Shown here: positions 40,068-52,978 of the stretch, piece after piece | How positions within the stretch are numbered: the first letter of the stretch is position 1 | Layout: every line of letters begins with the position of its first letter | DNA from: Octopus sinensis | Taxonomy: Eukaryota | Reading direction: 5' to 3' | DNA: 64,000 nucleotides | Assembly: GCF_006345805.1 (NCBI RefSeq) | Contig: NC_043001.1 | Location: forward strand, 53,134,001 to 53,198,000 | The notes under the pieces: generated by a model | What the model saw: only the letters and a program-made list of their open reading frames with translations | Database searches by the model: none | Told to the model about the DNA's origin: nothing | Translations under genes and position numbers: made by a program

Positions 40068-40291
40068 ACTTATAAATAAGGGCAAAAGAAAATTATTTCT
40101 ATGCCAATATGCTGATAACAGACTTTTAAATCGTCAATTTCCACATATTATTTACTCGCTATGTATGTATGTATACACACATGCGCGCATCTGTGAATGC
40201 ATGTGCATGCGTGTGTGCACATGTACTTATATTTGTGTATGTTTACGTATGTGAGTGCGAGTACATATCCGTATATATGTGTGAGCATATG

Positions 40292-40522
40292 TAGATTTGG
40301 CTAAAGTGACCCGAACGTAAATCAAAATTCCATAAATGCTATCTATAATTTTGCATCGACTCGAATGGAGAAATGTGTCGCTCCAGAAGGACTTCGGTTT
40401 GAACAATATTCATGATGTTTCATACTTAGATGCTGCTATTCAATGTATTCAGTTGTTAAATATAAATAAATCTGGAAATTGAATAGTTTTGATTTACTGC
40501 CGGGTGACTTTAACCAACCCTG

Positions 40523-40524
<2 letters not shown>
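40292..40524. mobile_element. Short non-autonomous Tc1/mariner derivative
   Basis: Imperfect TIRs (ttggctaaagtgacccg..gtaaatcaaaa and the reverse complement of ttggttaaagtcacccggcagtaaatcaaaa). The internal MEKCVAPEGLRFE resembles a Tc1/mariner C-terminus; TA at 40523-40524. Confidence 0.5.
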
Positions 40525-40559
<35 letters not shown>

Positions 40560-41264
40560 ACACATATATATACATATATACGCATGTGTATTTGTGTGCG
40601 TACGTGTGTGTGTGTGTGTGTGCAAATGTTAATATGTTTATGGATGTTTCTGTGAACAACCATGTATGTGTATGTATTGGCCGATTCTTGAATGTGCGCT
40701 AATGATAATCGCATGGGTAACCAACCATGAAGAGCAAAGGAACAGTACAAAGAAACCAAATGCCTATCACTTTAAAACGGTATCCACTTTAACAGTAACA
40801 TAATCAATATCCCACTAAATCGACACATTCAAAGCAGTTTGCCAACGGACCTTCAACAACAACACACATTTGGTAAACTCAGTAGCTACTATAAAGTCCA
40901 GACCACGACAAAGAGGATGATTGATGTCCAGAATATACACTTACGGAGACGTTATTTACATATCACCTGAGGATACACAACTAGATCTCATAATGCAAGG
41001 AAACGGTAGCATAATCAAGCACCTGCACACCTGGAGAACTATGTTGCATAGAAAAAATTGTAGCGATTGAAACTAAATGTCCTAACGTACTCCTTGTTGA
41101 CTCCAATTTTTACAGATTATTTATTCATACGTGACATAAGCCCAAATGGAAGCCTGGAAGTTCGCATAATACTACTTCTGGATAGTACAGGTTGAAATCT
41201 GAACGTGGACGAGATTTATATTGTACTTTATTACACACTATGTTATAATTATATACATATATAC

Positions 41265-41296
<32 letters not shown>

Positions 41297-41299
41297 ATG

Positions 41300-41334
<35 letters not shown>

Positions 41335-41349
41335 GTGTTTGTATGTGTG

Positions 41350-41690
41350 TGTGTGTACTATAATTGCGGTATTTACGTATGTATGTGTCTGTGACAAAAT
41401 TTCGTTACCAAATACCTCCGCAAACACTGGACCAAATTCAACCAAACTTGGCATGACGAACCGCGAGTACCGGAACAGTTTCACTATCTATACGGGATTC
41501 TCGAAAACCAAAGGGTGTTGTTCCAAACTGAGGGGACTGCATTCAATTGTAAATGTATGTAAAATCGATCCTTGACTTTGTGGCCACATTGCTTCCGCTC
41601 AACCGATTTTTACCAAATTTTGCATGAGGAACCGTTGGAAACCTGAGTGTCAATATCTATATGGGATTCACGAAAATTAACCGGTTCTCT
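41350..41690 (+). mobile_element. Possible non-autonomous Helitron-like 5' region with an internal imperfect duplication of about 175 bp
   Basis: tactataattgcg..tgtatgtgtctgtgac..ggaccaaattcaaccaaacttggcatg resembles Lep1/HINE-type Helitron 5' ends as I recall them. The accaaa.ttggcatga.gaaccg...tatctata.gggattc.cgaaaa segment recurs. Confidence 0.35.
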
Positions 41691-41957
41691 CTCACTATTC
41701 AATGATTCTCCTACTATTCCTAATGCTTACAACGACTTTCTGTTATTGAGAGCTGTAGTGTGAGGAGTGGTAACTGACAGAATTGCATAAAATGGTACCT
41801 CTCATAATTCTCTCTCTCTCTCTCCCTCCTACATATTTACTACATCTCCTTACCGGTTGCGCTCTTTCCCATTTCTCCTTCGGTGTTACTTTCATGTTTC
41901 TATCTCATATATATTATGTATTGAACTCATTCACTCATACAACGTTACCTCTCATAA

Positions 41958-41990
<33 letters not shown>

Positions 41991-42106
41991 TTGCTACTTC
42001 TCTTACTTCATTCTCTTTTAACTGGTTGCGTTCTTTCAAATGTCTCTGTCGGGGTCACTTTGAAAAACAAAAAAAAAACATATAAACACTGTTAGTCTTC
42101 GGTCAA

Positions 42107-42471
42107 AATTACAATTACACCATACTCGCCAAACTCTATATTAAAGTGCAATTTTAATGTGATTGAATTGCTCTAAACAAATTTGACCATAAAAATGTTA
42201 GAAATTTAGTATTTTTTAAGATATTAATAAAATGTGTCTGACCTATTTTCATGCCATCGGCCGTCGGAGTTATTGTTATGGCTGTTTACGTCGTTGTGGG
42301 TATGAATATTTTATTGTCTGTAGGTTCCTCTGATGATATTTCACTCATGCGTAGAATTCTGAGATAGCAGACGTAAAAATATGAAAATTTCGGAAACTTA
42401 GCACATTCGACTGCATGAAAATAGGTTCGCACTTTAATGTAGTGCTTAGCGAGAGTGGTTTAATTGTAATT
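42107..42471. mobile_element. MITE-like element with long imperfect TIRs
   Basis: aattacaattacaccatactcgccaaactctatattaaagtgc (42107-42150) vs gcactttaatgtagtgcttagcgagagtggtttaattgtaatt (42429-42471); inner pair gacctattttcatgc / gcatgaaaataggttc. Confidence 0.6.
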
Positions 42472-43616
42472 AAATACACAAGGTAAATATTTACAATAAA
42501 TAGCGTAAAAACTTCCCTTCAGAGAAATTAGCTCTAATACTAGCTGAATCAACTCAAAACTTTCATCGTATAATTTTCATAAATATCGCTCTTTCATCAG
42601 TACACTATTTCCAGAAAAAGAAGAGGCAACAACCTGTCCCGAAAAAAATTCCCGTTCACAAACGATCGTTGAGCAAAGACAACAGACGCTAATTGAAGAA
42701 GAAAGACAACAGACGCCAATTGAAGAAAAGTACCTAGCTCTTTCCAGTGTCTCGAAAGAAAGCATGAAAGCGGTGCAATGGAAGCATCAGAAGAAACAGC
42801 GCCACCGGGAATTGCAGACCGAGTGAGGAAACAGGAAACCCGTGCAATGGAAAGACCAGAAGATTCCGAAGCACGGAAGAATGAGAATCGGATGAGAACA
42901 CAGTAAACCTGTGCAATGGAAAGAAAAATCCAGAATCAGGAAGTAATGTGAATCGGCTGAGAACATAGAAAAGTCTTGCAAAAGAAACCCCACAAGAAAC
43001 AGAATCACGGAGGAATACTGATCAGCTGAGGAAACAAGACTCTAGGGAAAACACGTCGCTGCCACAAATTCAGCAGCGACAAGCAAACAACCCAGGCACG
43101 ATACCAATCGAGACTTTGTCAGCAAAGAGCTGACACTGAGAGAATGGCTATGGAAGTTTTATGTGGCAGATTTTCATGAGAAAGAAGGAAACTCAAGTCT
43201 TATGTTGCACTACTGTGAATTCTTTGCCATGAAACCACCTCAATTCTGGGAAGAGGGTATATTTAGGTTAAAGGGAAGATGGAGACGCATTGTGCAACAA
43301 AATGTTTCATATTTGGTCGATTAAAAATATAATGGCAAGTATTTATTGACTTTTTTCTTTCCTTTAAAAATCGGCACGTATTTTCCGGACAACCCAATAT
43401 TTTCCTGACGGTCGCATTGATTAGTTGCGGGCATTTACGTAATGTAAATGATAACAACGAAATCTTGGCATGTGGATTAGCAGCAAATTTTGTATCTTTT
43501 CTTCTATCTTGCTCGCTTTGAGAACAATTTTCTTCGTGCTTAAACCATTTGGCGTCTTCTTATAGTATATTAGGAATCCACCTAGTGGTGATTCCTCTAC
43601 ACCCATCACACACATA

Positions 43617-43664
<48 letters not shown>

Positions 43665-43964
43665 CATCTTTGCATGCATGTGTATTTGTGCATGTATATA
43701 TATGCACATGGACCTTGAACTCACAAGAGTAAACAAGAGAGACAGAGAAAGGCAGAAACAAGGAAAATGGCACTTATATTTGAACACTATACAATATTCT
43801 TTAAAAAAAATTTTCTTTTAATTTTTCTAAATATAATCATTTAATAGTTACAGTTGAAAATGTCTAAAATGACCGGAACCGGTACTAAAATGTTCTTTAT
43901 AAAATTATTTTAGCATTTTCTATCTTGACTTGTTTTTTCATATATATATATATCTTTGTATGCA

Positions 43965-43992
<28 letters not shown>

Positions 43993-44000
<8 letters not shown>

Positions 44001-45540
44001 ACTTATTAGAAAAGAACTGAACTTGAGATATAAAATAACTACAAAGAAGAACCTGAGGGATATAACTTTAGAAATTAAAAAAGCGTATGATGAAATACAA
44101 TTTAGTCGACAGGACAGAACCTTTAACACCGTGTGTGTGAACCTAAAATTAATCTTAAAGACCACAAGAAAAAATTATTTGAGGGCCCTTCTGTAATAAT
44201 TATATGCCCAACTAAGTCAGATATTAGCCAACTTAGTAAATCCAATTTGGACAATATTCTGTCCCATATAATCCATAACCTTTCCTTGAAATTATGGATG
44301 AACACTGATGAGGTAATCAATTGGTTTAAATCTTTAAATAATAATAGCAGATATTCCTTCATCCAATTTGATATTAATAATTATTATTCTAGTATATCAC
44401 CTATTCTCCTAAATAAATCACTCATTTTCGCGAAAAACCTTTCTCTCATAACTAGGGACGAAATTGATATTTTACTAGCTAGAAAAACTATCATTGAATT
44501 TGAGAGAAAATTGTGGACAAGAGCTGATACACCAAATAATTTTACTATACCCATGGGCTCTAGTGATTCGGCAGAGGTAACTAATTTAGTAGGAACTTAT
44601 TTATTAAAATGCATAAGTAGAGAGATCTCCGAATTACAAGGGGGTTTATATAGGGATGATGCATTATTTATCGTCCCCAGAAATAATAAATCGATAATTG
44701 AGAGAGTAAGGAAGAAAATTAGTAGATTTTTCAAGGATTTCAACTTAGGTATCACTTATGAATATAACACTAACATCGTTAACTTTGGATTTAATCTCAA
44801 AATTACCCATATAGTAAATATGGTGAAGTTACTAGATACTTAAATAAATTATCAAATCACTCCCCTAATATACTGAAATCGATAATGAAAAGTATTTCAA
44901 GAAGAATTTCAAAATTATCATCTAACAATGAATTGTTTAATACTCTCTCACATCATTACAATGTTGCCTTGTCTAGTGCAGGATATGACCAGGAAATCAC
45001 CTTCCTAGATCTTGATAATATAAATCTTTCTAATGAAAAACTGAATGAAAATAGCTCAAATTATATAGAATCTTCAACTTTAAAAAATATAAATCAACCA
45101 AAACAGATAGCCTAGTATACAGTAATTGGAAATGGTAAACAGGACATAAATAAGAATAAAAAGGTTAGGCTAGATCAAATAAATACAAATAATAATATAA
45201 AAATCTATCCCACTTATAAAAAACCTAATAGATATAAAGATTAAAGATAATAACAAATCTCTAAAGGATATAGATAAATTTAAACTTTCCCACCCTTCCT
45301 CAAATAAAAAATTCAAAAGAAAAAGTGTTGTATGGCTAAATATTCCTACTAACAATTTCTACTAACATATAGCAAATTTATGTCCATACTGGAAATAAAC
45401 TTCCCTGCTTCCTATAAATATTATAAAATAATTTCTAGTAAATGAGTGAGAATATCATACCGTACTCTTCCAAATATGGGTACCATAATAGCTAGACTAA
45501 ATAGAAAAAATATTAAGTTAGCAAAAAATGCTATAAATAG

Positions 45541-45571
<31 letters not shown>

Positions 45572-46227
45572 AATAATAATAATGATAATAATAATAATAA
45601 TAATAATGTCAATAATATAAATGATAATAATAAAAATGTTGAAAGTGAGGAAATAAGGAAAAGATTAGTAACAAACAACCCTAACTTTCATAGCAATATA
45701 ATTATAGATTAAATAAATAACACTAATGCTAGTAATAGCTCTAATAATGAAAATGAATACAGCTTGTTCCTGAATAATACTAATATTAGGAATCACCCCC
45801 CCCCCAGTTGTAATTGTAGAATTAGATCAAGACGTCCGGTAACGGGTCGGTGTCTGATTCAAAACGTAATTTATAAATATACAATGATTTCAAATAATAG
45901 CTATTTTTATTTCGGATGTTCGATAGACCTGTAGAAACGTTTGAACAATCATTTCTCTAGTTTTAGGCTTAAACATAAGGCGGGTTGCACAACGCTGTCC
46001 AGTAAAATTTGGGAATTGAAAGAAAAAATATCGAATTTAACCTAAAATGGGATATGATAAGAAAGGCACAACCTTATAAAAATAGTAGGGATGGCAGTGA
46101 AATTTGTTCTATAGAGACATATGAAATTTTGAAACATAGGAATAATACAAACTTATTGAATAACCGTTCTGAGCTATGAGTATCCTGCATACATTGTGCC
46201 ACGCGTACTTTTAAGTATTTTAAATAA
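43993..46227 (+). mobile_element. Naiad-like Penelope retroelement (RT + C-terminal GIY-YIG), 5'-truncated pseudogene
   Basis: INLKDHK..P..ICPTKS, FIQFDINNYYSSI, TIPMGSSDSAEVTNLVG, GLYRDDAL, YNVALSSAGY, KRKSVVWLNIP, CNCR..P..GRCLIQNVIY, YFGCS..KRLNNHFSSF, TTLSSKIWELK, LLNNRSEL..CIH. This series matches Naiad-clade PLE motifs as I recall them. Several frameshifts and stops. Confidence 0.85.
45535..45625 (+). repeat. (AAC)n/(AAT)n microsatellite in frame within the PLE (poly-Asn)
   Basis: ORF 45446-45712 reads ..LAKNAINSNNNNNNNNNNNNNDNNNNNNNV.. Confidence 0.95.
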
Positions 46228-46618
46228 TAGCATTCTGACCATTCCTAAATTTTCAAATCTTAATATTTTGTAACCAAATAAGGAAATAATATACCATACT
46301 AGCTTTTATTTACCCTGCATAGATTATTAAGAAACTTTATAATAAAGATAAATTCGAATAAAATGAAATTAGAATCTTTTGATACTTCCTATATAAGACT
46401 GCATAACTTCTATTTATCTAGTGAAATTATTTAGTTCATCCTGATTACCTCCCTTCAATTACATTATAATATACCTTATAGACTCTTGATGTATGTGCTG
46501 ATTGATAAGGTTCTTTTACAGTTGATAAATATTATGTTAAGCATATTCTTTTAATTTAACTCATTAATAGAATAAATCACTATTTACTAACTAACTATGA
46601 ATCTATATTAATAGAAAT

Positions 46619-46705
<87 letters not shown>
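46619..46705. repeat. Pure (TA)n microsatellite
   Basis: Read directly. Confidence 0.98.
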
Positions 46706-46710
<5 letters not shown>

Positions 46711-47669
46711 ATTTCTATATTTTTTATCCTTATATTAGATACTAAAATTTATTGGAATCCTTTGGTAAAACTATCTAAAGGATATCTATTTAATATTCAG
46801 AAGCAAAATTATGGCTGTTAAATGGTAAAGGACATTAGAAATCTCTAGAGTATTAGTAGTCTCTATTCTCCCTACCCCACTAGCTTCAGCCTACTAACTT
46901 TAGCTAAAATACATTCAAAGATGCCTAAGTTAATGGGGATGGATTTATGGCTTTGACATTTGTACTACCCCTTCCTTTATCTATAAATAGAAAAAAATCT
47001 TGTTTGTCTCCATTGAACCATAAATCTAAATAACAAAGTGAACTCAGTGATACAAAATCTACAGATGAAGGACTTTCTACTACCATGTTCGTCATGATGA
47101 AATTAACGTCTCTGTGTATATATCTACCCTCTTTGTAATGTTGGCGAATGAAATAATTATAAAAATGTGCATTGTCTATTTAATTAAAAAAATTCTATAT
47201 GTGGCTGAAGAATACTCTACATTTTAAAACTGATGTCATACTTATATTGTTTAATAAAATGAAGTAGCATGAAACGATTTTACTACACTACCTTGGTATC
47301 CTTGTTGCTTATTTTGAATATATATATATATATTTATATGTTAAACAAAATACCAGAACTGTCCGCCATTGCTTTGTACCAAACGTATCAAAGGTACATC
47401 CACTCCATCTATATTAAGCACCATGTACTGGAATAGTCTAGGGTTCAAAGGCCCTCATCATTTCAATGCCCTGCCACAAAAAATAAAAAGAAATGTGAAA
47501 TGTACTAGAGATCTTCCTACTTAAAATACCGGATGAACCAACAGCTACGACACGATGAGGGCGGCGGAAATACAGATGATGGCAGCAGAATGAAACTCGC
47601 TTATACACCAATTAAGCCAACAGCTGGGACAAAGGAACATACAAGAGTGGTGATGTGAGGTAATCAAAA

Positions 47670-47725
47670 AGACCACGGTGGTGCTCCAGCATGACCGCAT
47701 CCCCGTGGCTGAAATGCAGAAAGGA
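47670..47725 (+). mobile_element. SINE 3' tail
   Basis: ggtggtgctccagcatgaccgca..ggctgaaat..ttaaaagaataaaag. Confidence 0.5.
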
Positions 47726-48084
47726 TTAAAAGAATAAAAGATTATATATGACTTATCGTAACTCTACTGGAATTTTAGATATATGATTTATATAAGTTTT
47801 TTCCCTACAGACTTCTAACGTGAAAGGTTCATAACACTGCAGTGAGGTGGAAAGCTTTGGAACTGTAACATATTTTTCCGACTTCTGCTTCAGGTAGATA
47901 AATTTTATATCTGTAAATATATCATGTACTATTATGGATAACACGTGAAATTCTTGTTCAACTAATAGGTCCTATGTCTCGCTAAACATAGATTAATAGA
48001 CTGCATCTGTGCATGTGAATTACACTTTTTGGCTCCATATCGGTGTTTTAGAATGCAAACTACCGTATTACAATGTCTATCTTC

Positions 48085-49310
48085 GATATGTTGTTAGAGC
48101 TGAAAATTTCGTAGGCATACTTTCATGGAATATGACCAAGTGAGGTTTATATTTCAACGCAGCCCCAGTGGAGTTTCGTGGACATCTTCCATCAATGGTG
48201 CAGTGCTTGAATGTCATTGGTGAATATTCATTCATTCTATTAGAAGCTTTCATCGACAGCTGATATGACGGTATCTTCTGGTTCCCAGATATAACGTGAT
48301 CACTGGTTCCAGCCAATTACTTTTACATGGTGGGAAACAGATAATAGTGGATTGAGGCCACATCAGGAAGATATGGAGTATGATCAACCAGCTCAGATCC
48401 GCATTCACACACACAGCCATTGAAAGCAAGGAGTTGTGTGGTCGACCATTGCCTTCATGATACAAGGCACACTTTCGTCTGTTATCCTGCGCCTTTGCCC
48501 TTGATAACTCTTTCGTAACCGTCTCGAATATTAGACATATTACTCTACATCTATGATGCAAAAATATTAAACCATCACATTATCTGCAGATGCTACGAAC
48601 TTGGTAGGTGAAGAATGGTGTGTCCACTACATGAATTATTTCTTTGTCTCTGACTGCAAGTGATAAACCCAACACTTATCCTGGATTAGGAAATATTTAG
48701 AGACACCGAATGGATCTGCTTCAAACAATGTCAGAATTTGCCGTGATATGATCAGTTTAGTGCACTTGTCATGAGGCACCCGCCGCGCATAAACTTTAAT
48801 CATACCTCGTTCACTGTGTAAAATATTCTCAACTTCCTCACGGAATGAGCTACTAGAATTGGCATTGTGACTGTGGCCAAACTTCTGTCATTCATTAATA
48901 TGTTGTGAGAATGATCAATATTTTCCTCATTGGAGGCAGTTGCAGGACTTCGTGTTCTTGGGTGACTTTGAAGATTCTCGTTTCTCCTCCCAAATTCACC
49001 TTCCTTCTTTTACGTTGTTGATAAAGCTGGAGCGTCATGCCCTCTTGTCCGCATGGATGTCGTTGGTAGCTAATGCCTTTCTTTTTTCAGGTTCTTGATA
49101 GCAACACAATGCCAAATCTTGTCCATTTTTCAAGATAATTCGCTACCAGTTACATTTGAAGTCTTCTTCGAACAGTGATGTCAGTTTACCTGGAAAGAAA
49201 CAATGCAGTTATTAATATGGTCAGGTAAGATCAATGCATGCAAGATTTCACAGCTTCAGCATCACTCTTTCGTAGTCAGCTTATAAACTTTGCAGTTCTC
49301 TCATTCTGTT
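48085..49310 (-). mobile_element. Older, heavily decayed mariner of a different family
   Basis: Minus strand MDKIWHCVAIKNLKKKG (ATG at 49126), PATASNEENIDH, LYHEGNGRPH, DHTPYLPDVASIHYYLFP (decayed HPPYSPDLAPSDY). TIR remnants gctgaaaatttcgtaggc (about 48098) and gtcagcttataaactttgcag (about 49277). Confidence 0.8.
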
Positions 49311-49765
49311 ATACTCTTATGTTCGACAAACGTATTTTCATTATTTTCTCGATTTCAAGTGCGAATTTATCAGTAGAAAACTAAAGTGTGAAGATTCTCT
49401 GTTGATTTTTACGTTTAAATTTTCCCTTCACCGTATCTGCGCATCATCTCGTATTTCTTTCCTATCATTGTTCAGTCTGGCTCTCAATTTTATTTGTCCT
49501 ATTTAATCGTCTTTAAAACCATTATACTTAATAGCAATAACATTTTATTACTAACATTTGCTAATTTGTGCAGTGAAAAGATATTCTGGTTTAAATTCCT
49601 ATGATGCTTCTGCGACAGGTTTAATGCAATTTCCGCCGAAGTTAGGTTGATCCCCAATTTTAACTATTGCGTTCTGTTTGGAGAAAGAAATCTGCTAATA
49701 TGGCATTGTTAAAAAAAATGAATATGAATATGTCGATGGTATTTTACTTTTCATTATTCTGTGTA

Positions 49766-50259
49766 CAGTAGTCCCTCGAATACCGCAGGTGTTACGTTCC
49801 AAAACCTCCCTCGACAGGTGAAACCTGCGAAGTAGAAACAGTACTGTAGTGTATATTTGTAAAAATTATTTTTATAATTTGTAAATATTTATTTTATTAT
49901 AAATGCAAAACAACACCACACACTTGCCCTCTAAGTTTCGTTTCCCGTACAGTATGTGCGATTCTTTGTTTACTCATATGCGGTAACCTAAGTATTTTCT
50001 TTTAATATGTTTTAATTAATGCGTCATACGCTGCAGGACTTTACTGCATTTTTATTTATTTGTTTATTAATTTTTAGGCGTGAAACTGCCTCTTTTATCA
50101 CAGAGATAGTTAAAATCTTAAAAAAACTATAAATAACTATCGGCCGTAGCCCGCGATATACTGAGAAGTCAGCGATATAAATTTACATATATTAGCCAGA
50201 AAAATCCGCGATGTACTTAGGGCGCGATAGGTGAACGGTGATATGGCAAGTGATTACTG
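49766..50259. mobile_element. Tigger/pogo-type non-autonomous element
   Basis: Starts TA-cagtagtccctcg and ends gcaagtgattactg; the internal repeats cgcgatg/cgcgata/ccgcgat are typical of Tigger subtermini. Confidence 0.6.
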
Positions 50260-50299
50260 TGTCTCATCATTTCCGTCAATCGTGGTTTATGGTGCAATA

Positions 50300-52100
50300 C
50301 TTGATTGTTTTTCTATACGGATAATACTATGTGTTTCTGGAATTCATGAGTTTTGTAGACTCTCATGCATTTTGGTCTCCAATATAATTTGAATGGCTTT
50401 TGCTTTGTTCCATTCTATTTTATTGTCGAATACGTTTGTTGAGTACTCTTTATCTAGTAGTATAAATTTTACGTTGTGGAGTTTGTGTATTTTAATTTTC
50501 AAAATTAGAAATGATTGAGCATGTTATTAATGCTCGATTATATTTATTTTCTTCTGTGACAACTGCTAAGAATTTTTTAAATGAGCATTGCTTAGATTGT
50601 CTTGTTTTACAGAGGATGTGTGTTTTGAAGTTTCTGTCTTTTTCATGACGAAAATATTGAGGTAAGTTAATTCACTTTGGTGGTACACTATCAGGAACGC
50701 TATAAGGAATTTATGTTATCGATTTGCGTTTTGAAATAATGAACACGGTAAAAAGAATTGGGAAATATTCAATTCAGGTTTCTGTGGGGATATGAATAAA
50801 CATGTTTAATGCACCGTATATTGTTTTCGTAAGCTTCTTCGGGCAGTCGTTTAACACATTAATTTTCATATTTGAGAAATCTCAGTATATGTTTCATAAT
50901 GTGTTTCAGCAGTGTCTACAATATTGACTGGTTTTCGGTTTCACCGTTTGGCTCCACTCCAACTGATGTCATTTTAAGATTGTTGGAATGTTGTATGCTC
51001 TTTTATATTTTGAAGTTGATTCTTTGCAAGTGCAGAAAATCGTTTTACACTTTAAGGTGTTGGAAGTTCGTATAAATTGCTAGCTTTGTAGTTCATTTAG
51101 TAGTCGCATTCCTTGTTTGTTAAACCTTTACGGTGTAAATTAGATAAAAGGTAGATAGATAAAATTTCTTTAAACTTATCATAAACTTATTATTGTTTGG
51201 TAATTAAAACCTACTAGTAGTAATAATGTGATATTTTCGAAGTATTTAGTGTCGATAAAGGCTATATTATTCGTATTATCCGCCTCTCCAATTGTGATAA
51301 TTTCATTCCTTTCATATGTTGTTTGATTTGGATTTAGAATTTGGACGTTCATGTGGTGTGAATTTAGACAAGAATGTTTTTAGTTGAAATACATCATATG
51401 GTTCAAAATATTCAATAATTGTTCTCATCATTAAGGTAGATTAACCACATAATTATTAACATAGAGTTCTTTAGAAGTTATATGACGTTTCTGAGTAATT
51501 TTCGGTATAACAAATTTTTATAAAACACTGAAAATGAAACTGTTATTTCTAGATTGTATTTCATTTCACTGAATATTACTAGAGTGTATTTCATTCAAGT
51601 AAGTTTCATATGGAAATAGAAATGTACTTGAAACGTTTGGTAGCTTCTTTACGACAAACAATTGAGCGCAATTTTCAAGACTTTATTTCCATAATCATAA
51701 AAAGAGAACTAAAGACCTTGATATCATTGAATAACAAACATAAAAACAAGTATTACTAACAATCTTTCTTTCTAACTTTAAAAACGAATCGTACACACTT
51801 TTTGACCGTGAAATCTAAACCATTTCAAAGTCTGATATTTCTTTATTGCAAAATCAGACATCTAATGTATTAAGTCGCCCTCTGAAAAATTGAAAACATC
51901 TTAATTAAAGCTTTTAAAAAAGTGCTTTCCACTTGTTTATATCTTTACCCATAATCTGTCCCCATTATCATTAAAATTGTAATCATAAAACATGTCGAGG
52001 TACTGACATGGTGAATAAAATAATTTGCTGTATTTAATTTATACGCTGAATTAAAATACCGATAAAATCAACACTGAATTCATCAGTGTTCCATAAAAGA
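50300..52100 (-). mobile_element. Possible very old PLE remnant
   Basis: Weak GIY-YIG-like peptides (IPYS..; YFRHEKDRNFKTHI; FDNKIEWNKAK) in fragmented frames; no clean RT motif recovered. Confidence 0.3.
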
Positions 52101-52922
52101 ATTTTCAATTGTTAGATTCAGTTTAACCAATTAACCAATATCATCTTTTTACATACACTCAATTTCTAAACACATTTCTCTTTTCAATACCTTTATTGTG
52201 TAGCATTGTCTTAGGCCCAGGACACCATGCGCTCCGGTATTCGGTCCGGGGCTCTATGCTCTCAGATCGAATCTCGCTGAGATAAATTTCACTGAGATAA
52301 ATTTCACTGGTCAGTCTTTGAAGTTTGATCAATAAAGATATAATTAAATATAGACTCAATACCTCTTGTTTCTCTTCCTATCCCTTCCCTCTCATTCTCT
52401 CTATCTCTGTCTATCTTTTCCCCCGAATTCTAGGAAGAAATCGGCAGTGATCAGAGCAACTAATATCTCATCGGCTCATACCAAGAATCATTACATACAT
52501 TCATACATTCATACATGTATACGCCCATACACATAACTCACATACATAAGTTTTCATTAAATTAATGTTAGTTTCACGTCCCTCTGTTATGTAGACAGGC
52601 CAAAATCTTAACCTATGAGAGTTATGTTAAGTGAAATATGTGGTTAAAACCAGAAGGATATTTGTAATAGCAATGTTTTCTTAATCCCAAATATCGATGT
52701 GCCGTTAGGAAATACATATAGTGTAAATTCAATGGGTATGCACTATATTTATTTGTAAAAACGAATGTGGCATCATGCGTTGGATTAGATAAATGTTGTT
52801 TTGGAGAATGTTATTCCAGATGGTTTGTAATAGCTAGGGTGATCTCTTAAAATATAATGAAAAATACGTAGCATCTGCGTCTCTGTACGTATGCGTTTAT
52901 GTGTATGTGTGTGTGTGTGTGT

Positions 52923-52978
<56 letters not shown>

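Noticed and set aside
46177-46179. In-frame TGA near the end of the Naiad-like GIY-YIG domain as possible selenocysteine (some Naiads are reported to encode selenoproteins)
   Set aside because: It falls at EL*VSC, not at a conserved Cys position. The copy also has TAG/TAA stops and frameshifts, and I saw no SECIS-like hairpin. Only a family consensus could revive this.
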